This document shows, piece by piece, positions 33,281 to 44,310 of a stretch of 64,000 nucleotides of DNA (the stretch's first letter is position 1; each line of letters opens with the position of its first letter). Origin of the DNA: Prasinococcaceae sp. CCMP 1430. Its lineage: Eukaryota > Plantae > Prasinodermophyta. The translations under genes were made by a program, and so were the position numbers. Below the pieces are notes generated by a model. It was not told the DNA's origin. It did not search any database and saw nothing but the letters and a program-made list of their open reading frames with translations. The DNA lies in assembly GCA_013416795.1 (NCBI GenBank), contig RQSC01000397.1, forward strand, positions 1-64,000, read 5' to 3'.

Positions 33281-34743
33281 GGGGCGCGCCGCTGCGGCGC
33301 GCGGCGGCGGCGTCCGATGCGGCGACGCGCGTCGGGGAGGGGCTCGAGCTCTTCGACAAGGTGCGTGCGGGTGGGCGCGGGAGGGAAGAAAATGCGTTAG
33401 GAGAGTGTAGGCGTGGGTGGGGTGGGAGTGCGCGGGCATGCGGGGGCAGCGGAGGATACGGCGGGGCTCCCATCTGAACAGTGGCTCACACGCGCCTGGC
33501 GCCCCGTACGTGCCGGCTACCGCTCATGCGCCCCTCGCAGGGCAAGAAGGTCGCAGCGCTGGACAAATTCATGGAGGCTCTGGAGCTTGGCCCAAACAAT
33601 GAGGAGAAAAAGGCGGCGCTGTACAACGCGGCGTGCTGCTACGCGTCCTTCGAGCAGAGCGAGGATGCAGTAGACGCTCTGCGCGAGGCGCTCGATTGCG
33701 GCCTGCGGTACAGCACCATCCTGGCGGATGCCGACCTTGCCACGCTGCGCGGCACGGCCGAGTTCGCCGCACTCAAGGCAGAGGTTGTCGAGGGCGGCAA
33801 TGCTGATGGGGGCTCTTTTCGGCGGGACCTGAAACTTATCAACGAGGCGCGCTCGCCCTTCCGCCCCGTGCGTGGCTTCCTGTACGTCGCGCTTGGTCTG
33901 GCCGCCTTCCTGTCAACCCTTTTCACGCTGCCGCGGCTGGGGGCCGCGCTGTCCGGCGAGGAGGGCGTCACACTGTTGGGCGTCCTGCAAAATCTGGGCA
34001 TCAACGTTGCGGGTCTGACCGCTATCTTCTTCCTGTGGCGGCGCGACCAGGAGGGCGAGGCCAAGGAGGTCGATACTCTGACCGTCGAGGAGACCCTCTC
34101 GCGGCTGCCGGTGGCGGTCGGCTCTGGCGGAAGCAACGAGCGCATCGTGCAGCTGTGTGACCTGCGCTCCAATGCGCGGCCAGTGGTGCTCGCCGGCTCT
34201 GACAAGAGCGTGCGTGCGGCGGTGGCTGCTGCCGGCAAGTACAAGGCAAAGCTTGAAGAGCGCGGGCTCGTGCTCGTGCCATTCGTCATCGGCAGCTCGA
34301 CCGCGCTCGAGGAGCAGCAGCGCAAGGGTTTCGGCGCCAAGGCCAAAAAGCTCACGGAGCGAGTGGCGCCCGAGGACCGGCCGGCGGCGCGCACGGAGGC
34401 AGAGCTCGCGGAGGCGGCTGCCGCGGCGGCGAAGGACGGAGGGGCGGGCGGGGGCGCGGACGACGACTTCGACGCCAAGGTGGCGGCGGCCGCTGCGCGC
34501 GCCAAGCTGCAGGCCAGCCGGCGCTTCCGGGCGGATCCCCCGGCCGCGTCGCTCTCCGAGTGGGAGCGCTTCGTGGAGGAGCTGCAGAGCAGCACCGACG
34601 GCGTGGGGCGGGGCGACGACTGCTTCCTCGTGTTGCGCCTCGATGGGCGCCTGCGCGCCTCCGGCAAGGGCATGCCCGACTGGGAGCGGCTCATCGAGGA
34701 CGTGCCCAAGTCCACTGAGCTCGTGTCGAAGCTCGAGAGCTAA
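33281..34743 (+). CDS. LPA1: LOW PSII ACCUMULATION 1 (TPR + DUF3493); intron 33361-33540; first exon not resolved
   Basis: VGEGLELFDK|GKKVAALDKF...AALYNAACCYA (TPR), RRDLKLINEARSPFRPVRGF, RLDGRLRASGKGMPDW. Confidence 0.88.
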
Positions 34744-34849
34744 GATGTGAGCGAGCGCCTGTGGGAGAGCGAGGCGCACTCAGCGCATCGCGAGCGCGCG
34801 TAGGGTCCCGTAACGACGCCTCGCCCCTCCACCAGCACGCCTTCTTACG

Positions 34850-35972
34850 TCACTTGCGGAAGGCGTCGCGCTCCTTGCGCCTGAACCTGCGGGCGAACTC
34901 GGCGTCGCTCGCGACATTGAACTCGCCCTCACCTGTGCGCAGGTCGCGCGACCCGCCACGCCCGCCGTGCCCGCCCCTGCCGCCGCTGCGCCTGCCCCTG
35001 CCACCTCTACCGCCGCCATCGCCGCGGTCATCGCGCTCGCGCTCGCGGCGGTCGCCTCTGTGTCCGTGCTTGTCCCTCATCTTCCGCGCGTGTTCCGCGG
35101 AGTGCGCGTTGAAGTTCGCAGACGCAGATGCCGGGAGCTGGCCACGTCCGCTGCTGCGCGCACCGTTGCCGCCCTCGCCGCCGCCCTTGCCCCCCTTCTT
35201 CGCCATGAGCCTTGCCTTGGCCCTCTCCGTCTCTTCGATGTTTTTGAGCTTGTACTCGACGGGTAGCGCCACCTCGGCCATGCCACCCGCAACAAAGTCC
35301 ATCTGCTCGGTGTCGTCCTGCGCGGCCTCCGTGCGCAGGCGCTCGGGCACGGCGTACACCGATCCACCCTTGGCAGCCTCAGCAGCCTCGCGCGCGGCGA
35401 TCTCCTCAGGCGTCTCCTTCAGCAAGCCCCGCTTCGCCATCTCCTCCTTGAGGTATGCCTGCAAGCCACATGGCGGGCATCGCGGAAAGTAGGAGTCAGA
35501 GCCGGGCATGCACACACGCACGAGGTGGGGTGTAGGACTCAGCGATGGTGTCGCGCGCCTGAGGGGTGCGATGCGACTGCGGCCCTCTCCGCACCTTAAG
35601 CCTGGGGTCCTCCGCGTCTTCTTCGGCGCCGTTGGCGTCCTCTGTTGCTGCGAAATTCGCCCTGAGTGCCTCGGGGTCGTCAGCGCCTGCTGCGGCCGCG
35701 TCGGCGGCAGCGGCGCGCTCGGCGGCGGCACGCTCTGCAGCGACGCGCTCTGCGGCCTCGCGCGCCGCCGTGCCTCGCGCGAGGTCGTCCGCAGACATGC
35801 CCGGGCGCACGCGCGCACGCGCAGCCTGCAGGCAGCGCACGTCCGCCAGCGCCTCGAGGTCTGCAGACTCACTGCCGTCCAGCGCCTTGCCACCATCCTC
35901 CGCGCCGTCCACCTCAGCATCCCTGCGCTTGCGGAAGTTGCGCTGCTTCGGCTTGCGAAACGCAGGCGCCAT
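34850..35972 (-). CDS. C9orf78/TLS1/CSU2-like splicing-associated protein (Hep_59 domain); intron 35459-35594
   Basis: KQRNFRKRR N-terminus; YAVPERL...GMAEVALPVEYKLKNIEETERAK; ASDAEFARRFRRKER C-terminus. Confidence 0.85.
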
Positions 35973-36568
35973 CGCGAGCGCGCGGCGGAGCGCGCGGCGG
36001 AGCGCGCGGCGGAGCGACGGAACGCCCTCGCGCCCCTCGCCTCTCGAGGACCTCCCGGCGTTTCGCCCCCTCCACCGTACTAGCGCCCCCCCCTCCCCCC
36101 GCCCTTTTCTGGGCGCGCTGTGGCCACCCCTGCGTGCAGCTTCGCGCCCAGCGGCTGCAGCCACACCGAGCGCAGCCGCCAAGCGCTCGCCTTGCCGTGT
36201 CATGCCCTCTCTGAATTCACTTTGAACACTCGTTGCAACCGGAGTTTCATCAGAGAGGCCAAAACGCGCGGGTTGGTTGTCGCGCGCGTCGCCAGCCAGC
36301 GTCTCACGCGTCGCCGGAAAAGACCATCTGATCCTGGGATCGAGGGCGTCGTGGGGGCGGCGTTGGCGGCGACGACTGCGGAGGGTGGATGGATTTTCCA
36401 TCGTGCCGGCCCGATGGCGGCTGCTGGCAGCCTGCTTGCTGCGGGGCGCCACAGCGCGCGCGCGCGGCGCCGCTGGGGCGGAGGGCCGAGCAGGCGCGGA
36501 CAGACGCGGGTGGAGGGGGGGGAGGGGAAGGCGGGTGGCCTGCTGTCGGCTGTTGATGACAGCGACAA

Positions 36569-38005
36569 ATGCAAGTGGTCGCAGCATCCATTCTGCCCGA
36601 AGGTGCGCTGGCGGCGCCGCCGGCCCCCGTGCTCGCGCGCGGCTTTGCGGCAGCGGCAGTGACGAGGGCGGCGGCGGGCGTGGGTGCAGTCGCCAGCGTG
36701 GCTGCGCCGGCTGCTGCAGCAGTGGCGCCCAACGCGGCCACGGGCGTGTCGCCGGTGGCCCTCTGGCTGTACGGCAGCGCGGGATGGGTGTTTGGCATGG
36801 TGGTCGTCGGTGGCATCACGCGCCTCACCAAGTCCGGGCTGTCCATGACCAAGTGGAAGTTTGTTGGCACACTGCCGCCGCTGACGCAGGAGGAGTGGGA
36901 GGAGGAGTTCACCCTCTACAAGGCGTCGCCCGAGTTCCGCAAGATGCACTCGTGGATGACCGTTGAAGACTTTAAGGTGAGGCTCGCGCCTGCGGCGCCC
37001 ATCCTCCTCCCTCCCATTTATTGTGGCGTGCGCGTGCTCGCCGCCGCTCTGACGGGCATGCTGACACGCGCGCTCTGGGCTCCTCCACCCCCACCCCCAC
37101 CCCCTTCCTTCGCGTACTCGCGTTCGCTCCAGCCCATTTTTTGGTGGGAGTACGCGCACCGCATGCTAGGCCGCGGCCTCGGCGTGGCCTTCGCAATCCC
37201 TTGCGCATACTTCGCCTCGCGCGGCATGATCAACGCCCCGCTCGGAAGGCGCCTCGCGGCGCTCTTCGTCGCAGGCGGCAGCCAGGGCTTCGTCGGATGG
37301 TGGATGGTGAAGTCAGGGCTCGAAGAGCCCGAATCTGAGCACGAGTGCCCACGTGTGTCGCCGTACCGCCTTGCGACGCACCTCATGTGCGCGTTCGCGA
37401 TATACACTGGCCTGCTGTGGACAGCAATGAGCGTGCACGTGCCGACGCCTGCTCCCGCGACAGCAGACGTGGCCGCAGCGCTGCGGCGCGTGCGGCGGCT
37501 CGCACACCCGCTCGCGGGCCTTGTCGCGGTGACGGCCGCTTCGGGCGCGTTCGTGGCTGGCCTCGAAGCGGGTCGTGCCTACAACACTTTTCCCACGATG
37601 AATGGCCAGTGGGTCCCCGATGAGGTGTGGGACATGACCCCGCTCCACAAGAATTTCTTCGAGAACACGGCGCTCGTGCAGCTCGACCACCGCGTGCTTG
37701 CACTCTCGACGTTCGCTGCGTCGTGGGCGACGTGGTTTGCCACGCGCGGGCTGCCGCTCACTTCAGGCGCGGCGGCAGCTCTTCATTTGCTGCCCGTGGC
37801 AGCAAGTGCACAGGCCGCCCTTGGTGTTGCCACTCTGCTACACGCGGTGCCCGTGTCACTCGGATCGGCGCACCAGGCGGGCGCGCTCACGCTCTTCACG
37901 ATCGTGGTGGCGCTCATGCACGCTACGCGCGCGCCGGCCGTGGCTGCGCGTGGGGCAGCGCGTGCCGCAAGTGCTGCAGCCAAGGTTGCCCAGCCCGCGT
38001 CGTAG
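36569..38005 (+). CDS. COX15: Heme A synthase; intron 36977-37132; true start may lie upstream (ATG at 36414)
   Basis: MVVVGGITRLTKSGLSMTKW, FK|PIFWWEYAHRMLGR, GWWMVKSGL, VSPYRLATHL, GAFVAGLEAGRAYNTFP, VQLDHR. Confidence 0.96.
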   Translation: MQVVAASILPEGALAAPPAPVLARGFAAAAVTRAAAGVGAVASVAAPAAAAVAPNAATGVSPVALWLYGSAGWVFGMVVVGGITRLTKSGLSMTKWKFVGTLPPLTQEEWEEEFTLYKASPEFRKMHSWMTVEDFKVRLAPAAPILLPPIYCGVRVLAAALTGMLTRALWAPPPPPPPPSFAYSRSLQPIFWWEYAHRMLGRGLGVAFAIPCAYFASRGMINAPLGRRLAALFVAGGSQGFVGWWMVKSGLEEPESEHECPRVSPYRLATHLMCAFAIYTGLLWTAMSVHVPTPAPATADVAAALRRVRRLAHPLAGLVAVTAASGAFVAGLEAGRAYNTFPTMNGQWVPDEVWDMTPLHKNFFENTALVQLDHRVLALSTFAASWATWFATRGLPLTSGAAAALHLLPVAASAQAALGVATLLHAVPVSLGSAHQAGALTLFTIVVALMHATRAPAVAARGAARAASAAAKVAQPAS

Positions 38006-38137
38006 CGCGCGGCTCGTGCGCTCGTGCTCATGCCATGCGTGCTCGCGGCGCGCTCACATTTTTTTTTCTGTTTTGTTGGTGTACAAAAATGGGTGTAATG
38101 ATACAGGTCGGTAAACCGCGCATGTAACGCGAGTGCC

Positions 38138-41100
38138 TCAGTCATCAACGTCCATCATAGCAGCCTCGCTGCGCGCGACCTCCTCGGCGTCGCTCATGAG
38201 CTGCTCCTCAACTGCGGCAGGCGACTTGTCGGTAGTCTTTTTCGCGGCGCCCGCAGTCTGCGTCAGCGTGGCGGCCGTCGCCTTCGCAGACGCGGCCTCC
38301 TCCTTAAGCGAGCTACGGCGTGTACGCTCCTCGGACAGCCAGTCATCGATGCGTGCCTTGAGCTCGGCCTGTGGGACGAGCATGTCCAAGGTGAGCTCCG
38401 AGCGGTTGAAGGGATCCGAGGAATCGGTGAGAAGGTGGCGTTCTATGACCGACCGCTCGCAGACGACGCCACTCGACGGCAGCTTCACCGGGTCGCGCAT
38501 GATTTCAGAGCAGATAGGGTCCACGAACTCATCAGGCGCCTCGTCGGGCTCGGCGTTGAGATCGAGCGACGCCTGCACTGCCGCGTGCAAGCCAATGAGC
38601 TCCGTGCGGTGGACGTGCTCCGGGTTGGTCGACATGGAAGACGTGTTCGCGGAGAGTCCCTGCAGGTACTCAATGCAGGGCAGGATGGCATCGCCCCTCG
38701 AGGTGGCGAGCGCCTCCGCGGGGGTCTCGGCCGACTTGAAATGACGCGCTGCCATGTGCAGGGTCACGAGGATTGACGTGACGGGGCCTAGGATACCTGT
38801 GCGACTGATCTTGCTGAGCTGTGGCGCGCGCTGCGCCAGCGTATCGTTGAAGAGCGCGGCGCCTTTGCCAGCAGTGGTGAGCGTAAGCACGAAGGCGAGC
38901 ACCTCGGCGAGCCGCCCGAGACTCAACGCTGAGCCCTGTGTTCCGCCGTTGCCTCCGAGCAAAACCCTGGGACACTCGATCGAAATCACCTCGAGCAGGC
39001 ACAGCAGGTTGACGCTGAGCTCATACATAATATTGCACTTTCGCATCATCTGATTTTGCTGCGGGCTGAGCATGGACGGCGGAGGTGCGGCCGCACCCGC
39101 AGCGCCCGCCCGCGCCGCTCCGACAGCGATCCCGGGACCGCCACCGCCCGTCCTGGCCACGCCAGCACCAGCGCCTCCACCGTCTGCGCCCTGGGGTGCC
39201 CTGCCGCCGAGTAGCACCTGAGGGAAGTCCGACTGCGCGCTGTTGGCCCTTGCGTCAGCTAGCTCCTTCATCGACATGTGAAACTCCGAGACGGTCCAGT
39301 TGAGGGTGTTGAGCGCACGGTCCATGAAGACCTTGCACACTTCGGACTTCGCCAACTCGGCACGCATGCTACAGCGGTAGATATGCCCTGACCCTGCGTA
39401 CTGCTGCGAGCGCGAGTACTTGGGATGGAAGCCGCGCGCACGGCTGAGCCTGAGCATGATGTTGGCAGCCGGGATCCAGAAGCGCTGGTCGAAGCATGCA
39501 AACAGCGCGCGCATCATGTGCGACTTGCCGATCTGGCTCTCCTGGAAGGCCGCGAGGTAGTCGCTGTACTGGAGCAGCACCGACGCTGACTGCAGCACAA
39601 TGTCGCGCACGTCCGGGTTGATGATGCGCCTGTCGTCGGCGTGGATGGTCAAGAAAGTCACGATGGATGCCACTGTCGTGTCCTTGGTGCTAAAGGCGGC
39701 CATGCAGGTGGGATCCGACCTGCGCATCGCGTGGAAGGCGTCGAGCAACGTCTCGATATAGCACTCGGGCACCCACGCCCACAGGTCTGACCGCGAGCTG
39801 AGGGAAATCAGCAGGCGCGCAATGAGGCCGGTGATGGCGAGCACGTTGGTCTGCATGTGTGACGACTGCAGCGTGACGCGTTGGTACGCGGCGGCGCGCA
39901 CGCTGGCGATCGCGTCGTCGCGCAGCGCGTCCCGAGCCCGTCGCAGGTCCTCGAGGGCAGATTCCGCAGCCGTCATCGACGGCGTGGGTGCAGGTGGCCG
40001 CGCAGCGACGCCGTCTGCGCGCCCGCTTCCACTGCTGTCTAAATCGCCACCACCTGCGAGATGATTGCCTTCGCTGCTTCCAGCGGTGTCGCCGCTGCTG
40101 ACTGCGCCGCCGGTGCCGGGGCTGTCGGCGGCTGCGACACCCTCATCGCCGCCTTGCGCTCCCTCCGACTCCATAGCTTCGGCGCTGCGCTCTGCTTCCC
40201 GAGCTGCAACGGCCTCCCGCTCGTCAAGGCTGCGCTCGGTCTCACTCAGGTTCGCAACTGACGCCTGCTGCTGCGCGTGGAACCAGCTGGCCTGTTTGAA
40301 GCCTTGGCATACGGCAATATGGTACAGCACAATGACAGCATCCAGCAGCTCGAAGCTCTCGTCGACTGTGAAATCTGCTGGTGTCGCGTCCTCGCGACCA
40401 TGCACGAGCTCGAGGGGCGTCCTACTGTCTGTGAGCTTGGCACTGTTCTCTCTACCTGCGACTGCACCTGTCAGCCCCTGTGAGGCGTCGCTTCCTTCCG
40501 CTGGTCCAGCAGCGGGGCCCGCGCCGGGGAAGCGTGGTCGGTCGATGTCTGTGGCCATCTCCTCGCCTTCACCCTGGTCGCCGTCGCGATCGCCCGCGGC
40601 GCCGTCTTCGTCCTCGTCGGGATCACGCACGCCCTTGACGAGACGGCCAGTGAGCGCGCCGTTGGCTGCCGCCAGCTGCGCCTCCGCAGTCGCACCGAAC
40701 ACCTCGATAGCGGGCATGCTGCGCATCTGCTCTTCGGATGCTACCGCGTGCTTGCGCAGGTGGCCAAGCGCGCCACCGATGCGGGGGTAGTCGAGGTCGT
40801 CCGCATAGCGCGGAAGCAGATTCGAGGGTTTCCATTTGAGCGGCAGCTTCGATTTGAGCAGCGGCTGCATCAGCTGCAGGAGAGCGAAGTACAGCGACAC
40901 GAGCACCGTCGGATCCGTGAGGCCGGGTGGGGGCACGTTGCGCGTGGCACCCCGATTCTTGCGCACAATGGACTCGACGAAGTTGAAGAGCCGTCGCCCG
41001 CGCACGGCTTGCCCGGGTGGCTTGAAGACCAGCACGCGGCGCAGCAGCGCCACCTTGAGGTCGTTGTTCAGCGCCTGGTGCGGCTTGAGCGGACCGGCGA

Positions 41101-43000
41101 CGCCGTCCATCCATGCGGACACGTGTTTTGAGTCCGCACGGCGAGGAGGCATCGCGGTGGCCGGCAATATTACCTGCAAGTCGGACTCATTCGGAGCTTT
41201 CATCGCCAGCAGGCCCTCCATGTGCCCATAGAACTCGGGCATCACGCTCCAGGCGTCCATCGCAGCATCGGATCGCGCGATAGCGAGGGCGAGCGCGACG
41301 AATGTGCTCGAGGTCGGTGCACCCTCGGCGATGGGAAACGCCAGCGACGAGCGCGCGCGAAGCGCAACCGTATCGAAAAGCGCCCTCAGTAGCTTGTGTA
41401 CATCTGACTGCTCGCCCGTTGCGCCGATACTGTTGATGCAGTGCGCGACGAGATGCGTGCCTAGAGACGGATCGTTGAGCGCGCTTGTGGTACCACCCGC
41501 CGCGACCTCGCGCTCCACTTCTGCGAGTTGCTGCGGACAGCCAGGCTCGAGCATGCCAAGGATCATGGGGAGTACGGCGTCAGCGACCAGATAGTCGCTG
41601 GCAGCGACGAGCGGCAGCAGCCTCTCGCAGACGGTCCTGCAGAGCAGTAGGGCGTGCGACTCCCCCAGCGCGCCGCGCGACGAGGGCGACGGTGCATCTG
41701 GCCCCGCGCCGCCGCCGCCACCCCTGCTCGCCCTCATGATGCGTCCCAGCGTGTCGGCAAGGTAGCGCCCTCGCTTGAGGTCGGCGACGGGAGGCGGCAG
41801 CTGCATCGGCGTGAAGCCATCGATAGGGTACAGAAAGGGGCGGTCGCCAAAGTTGACGTCGCATTTCTCGCCATGGCTCAGACTCAAGGCGGGAAAGTAA
41901 GCCAGGCCGCTCTCGAACCCCTTGACGCCGGTGAACGCGACTCCCATGTCGACGCCATTGCGAGCGTACGAGATCTCGCCGGCGTCCAGATCGATCATGC
42001 AGCCGATGACGTCTCCCTTGGCCCACTGCTGCCCGTAGGCGCTTGACTCCACCGACCATTTGCGCACGCGCTTGCCGTCGTACGCGAACGAGTTCGGTGC
42101 GTCCCCAACGCCCTCTTCATTTGTAAACGGGCAGCTCAGGGTGGCCCAGCCGATCTGCTGGATGCCCGATGTGCCCAGCGTGATTTCGTACATCCAGCTG
42201 CCGCCGTAGACGCACGAGTTCGCGCGAGCGGAGCTGAAGTTCGAAAGGGACTCCAGCCGCCCGCTGCGCTCGAATGTGATCCGGCCGGACAGTGACCGTG
42301 CCTCCATTCGCACGCGGGTGCCCTCGGGCGTAAGGATGCCGAAACGCCCAGGGGCGCCTGCGCCGCCGGGTGGGACCTGTGCGGGCGCGCTGCCATGGGC
42401 GGGGGCAGCCGAGTCCTGCTCGTCAGCACCCCCTGGCTCGACCTGCTCCTCAGATGGGGCCATCGTGACATCGCCGTCGCCCCCGGGTGCTGCCTCCTGC
42501 GCCCCCGCCTCTGCGCCCTTCTCACCCGAGGTGGGATTTGCGAGCGCCGCGGCTGGGCCCGCCAATTGTCCGCTGCCTCCCACCTCGCCGCACGACTCGT
42601 CAGCCCCGAGGTGCTCGAGGTGCGCATCGATCGCATCCTGGATCATCGCGAAGTCGGGCCAGGCCGACGCCCCCTGCTTCGCCCGTCGCACAAGGGAGAG
42701 CCACTCGCCGGCATCACCGTCCGCGTGGCCCGCGCCCACTGGCCTGCCTGCCGCGCCGAGCACGTACCGCAGCTCGCGCTCAAGCGACTCCTCGCCGAGG
42801 GCCTCTGCGCTCACCTCCATTCTCTGCGCGATCACACCGACGCCGTCCTGCAGCGCGCCGTGTGCCGCAGCGAGAGCGGCCGCGGAGAGCGCATCGGCCT
42901 CGCTCCCACCGGCGACCCCGCCCTTGTCGTCAGCGAGCAGCAGCGCAAGGCCGCGGGGCGCCTGCTGCGCATCCACGCCGTCGTCGTCGGGCCGCGTCAT
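38138..43000 (-). CDS. RKP/KPC1 (RNF123)-like E3 ubiquitin ligase with a SPRY domain, a Ufd2-like helical core and a C-terminal U-box
   Basis: SPRY: LESLSNFSSARANSCVYGGSWMYEITLGTSGIQQIGWAT...GVGDAPNSFAYDG. RKP-like motifs KNRGATRNVPPPGLTDPTVLVSLY and VPECYIETLLD. U-box: PDEFVDPICSEIMRDPVKLPSSG...DPFNRSELTLDML. Confidence 0.87.
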   Translation of the reverse strand: MTRPDDDGVDAQQAPRGLALLLADDKGGVAGGSEADALSAAALAAAHGALQDGVGVIAQRMEVSAEALGEESLERELRYVLGAAGRPVGAGHADGDAGEWLSLVRRAKQGASAWPDFAMIQDAIDAHLEHLGADESCGEVGGSGQLAGPAAALANPTSGEKGAEAGAQEAAPGGDGDVTMAPSEEQVEPGGADEQDSAAPAHGSAPAQVPPGGAGAPGRFGILTPEGTRVRMEARSLSGRITFERSGRLESLSNFSSARANSCVYGGSWMYEITLGTSGIQQIGWATLSCPFTNEEGVGDAPNSFAYDGKRVRKWSVESSAYGQQWAKGDVIGCMIDLDAGEISYARNGVDMGVAFTGVKGFESGLAYFPALSLSHGEKCDVNFGDRPFLYPIDGFTPMQLPPPVADLKRGRYLADTLGRIMRASRGGGGGAGPDAPSPSSRGALGESHALLLCRTVCERLLPLVAASDYLVADAVLPMILGMLEPGCPQQLAEVEREVAAGGTTSALNDPSLGTHLVAHCINSIGATGEQSDVHKLLRALFDTVALRARSSLAFPIAEGAPTSSTFVALALAIARSDAAMDAWSVMPEFYGHMEGLLAMKAPNESDLQVILPATAMPPRRADSKHVSAWMDGVAGPLKPHQALNNDLKVALLRRVLVFKPPGQAVRGRRLFNFVESIVRKNRGATRNVPPPGLTDPTVLVSLYFALLQLMQPLLKSKLPLKWKPSNLLPRYADDLDYPRIGGALGHLRKHAVASEEQMRSMPAIEVFGATAEAQLAAANGALTGRLVKGVRDPDEDEDGAAGDRDGDQGEGEEMATDIDRPRFPGAGPAAGPAEGSDASQGLTGAVAGRENSAKLTDSRTPLELVHGREDATPADFTVDESFELLDAVIVLYHIAVCQGFKQASWFHAQQQASVANLSETERSLDEREAVAAREAERSAEAMESEGAQGGDEGVAAADSPGTGGAVSSGDTAGSSEGNHLAGGGDLDSSGSGRADGVAARPPAPTPSMTAAESALEDLRRARDALRDDAIASVRAAAYQRVTLQSSHMQTNVLAITGLIARLLISLSSRSDLWAWVPECYIETLLDAFHAMRRSDPTCMAAFSTKDTTVASIVTFLTIHADDRRIINPDVRDIVLQSASVLLQYSDYLAAFQESQIGKSHMMRALFACFDQRFWIPAANIMLRLSRARGFHPKYSRSQQYAGSGHIYRCSMRAELAKSEVCKVFMDRALNTLNWTVSEFHMSMKELADARANSAQSDFPQVLLGGRAPQGADGGGAGAGVARTGGGGPGIAVGAARAGAAGAAAPPPSMLSPQQNQMMRKCNIMYELSVNLLCLLEVISIECPRVLLGGNGGTQGSALSLGRLAEVLAFVLTLTTAGKGAALFNDTLAQRAPQLSKISRTGILGPVTSILVTLHMAARHFKSAETPAEALATSRGDAILPCIEYLQGLSANTSSMSTNPEHVHRTELIGLHAAVQASLDLNAEPDEAPDEFVDPICSEIMRDPVKLPSSGVVCERSVIERHLLTDSSDPFNRSELTLDMLVPQAELKARIDDWLSEERTRRSSLKEEAASAKATAATLTQTAGAAKKTTDKSPAAVEEQLMSDAEEVARSEAAMMDVDD

Positions 43001-44310
43001 TCGCCGCGTGCGCGCGCGAGCAGCGCCGCCGCCCCCGCGCGTGGCGTGGCTCGCCGCCCTGCTTCCCGCCCGCCGAGCGTGGACACTTTCGCGCACGCGT
43101 CAGCCCACAGGGCCGCGAGGGCGGCGGCAGCGGCGGCCGGCGGGGGGGAGCACGCGCTCGCTTGCTCGTGCTGACCAGCGCGCGACCCGCGCGCGCCAAG
43201 AGGCCACGGCGCAAAAAGGACGTGCGAGGGCCGCGGGGCGTCCGCTCACAACACCCTTCTGGCCGCTTGGCGCACGTGCCCCCGAAGGGGATGGTTGGGT
43301 GCGTGGGGAGGAGTCGGAGGGGCTGGTAGAGAGCCTCGGCTCGAGCTCGAGCTGCCCCGCCCGCCGCTCCGCGCGAGTCCCTCGGGAGGGGGGGGGCGAG
43401 GGAAAGGGGGCGAGGCGCGAGCGCGCTGTGGCCCTGCCTGTCTGTGGGCCCCGCGCGCGATCGCTCCGACCGTCGCGCGTCGGTCGGTGCGATCGCGCGC
43501 GCGCGCCTCCAAAACTCAGATCAAATCTCTGATGAAGCGTCGATCGAAGCTTCGCTTCCGCTTCCGCGCGCGCCGCGCGCAGCCCATGCCGCGGTTCCAT
43601 CAGTCGACAGTCAGTCAGAGTCAGTTGGCGCGTGGACGCGGATCCGGTTGCGCGCAGTGCCGGTGACGCCCGGCCGGCGCCAACGCGCCGGAGCGTATCA
43701 ATTCGTTGGGTAATTTCCGCCGCGCCCGCGCCGCACGCCGCGGCGCAGCGCGGCCGGCTCCGGCTCCGGAAGGAAGGTCGGGCCGACCCGCGTCCGCGCG
43801 CCCACCCCGACCGGAGTGGCGCGCTCGTCTCTCCCGGGACTGGCCGGGAGCGCGTGCAACCCGCACATCGTGATGGGGGGACGAATACGTTCCAGCTCCC
43901 CCCCAGCTGGCTCCCCCCCCCGCATGCAAAGTGATGTAGGGCGGCGGATTCCATTGACCTAGTTTTCAATGCATCTGGCTTTTTGCGCGGGGCGGCGCGC
44001 TTTCTCGCGCCGGCGAATCCCCGCGGCCGGGCCCGGCGCCGGCAGAGCGCCCGCGCGCGCGGGCGGGGGAAGNNNNNNNNNNNNGCGCGGCGCGGCGCGG
44101 CGGCGCGTGCGCGCCGCGCGGCCGCCACTGCGCGCGTGGAAGGGAGGGCAGGCCACGGTGGCACTTATCAGGCTTGTCGGAGCGTTCCACTCGCAACGAC
44201 CTGTGCGGAGCCTAGGCGCACCTCTGTCTGCGGCCGTACGCCGTCGCGGCCACCGCCTTCGGCCGGTGCCGCGGCCCTGGTGCCGCAGTAGGGTTCTCGT
44301 CCAAGCGAAT

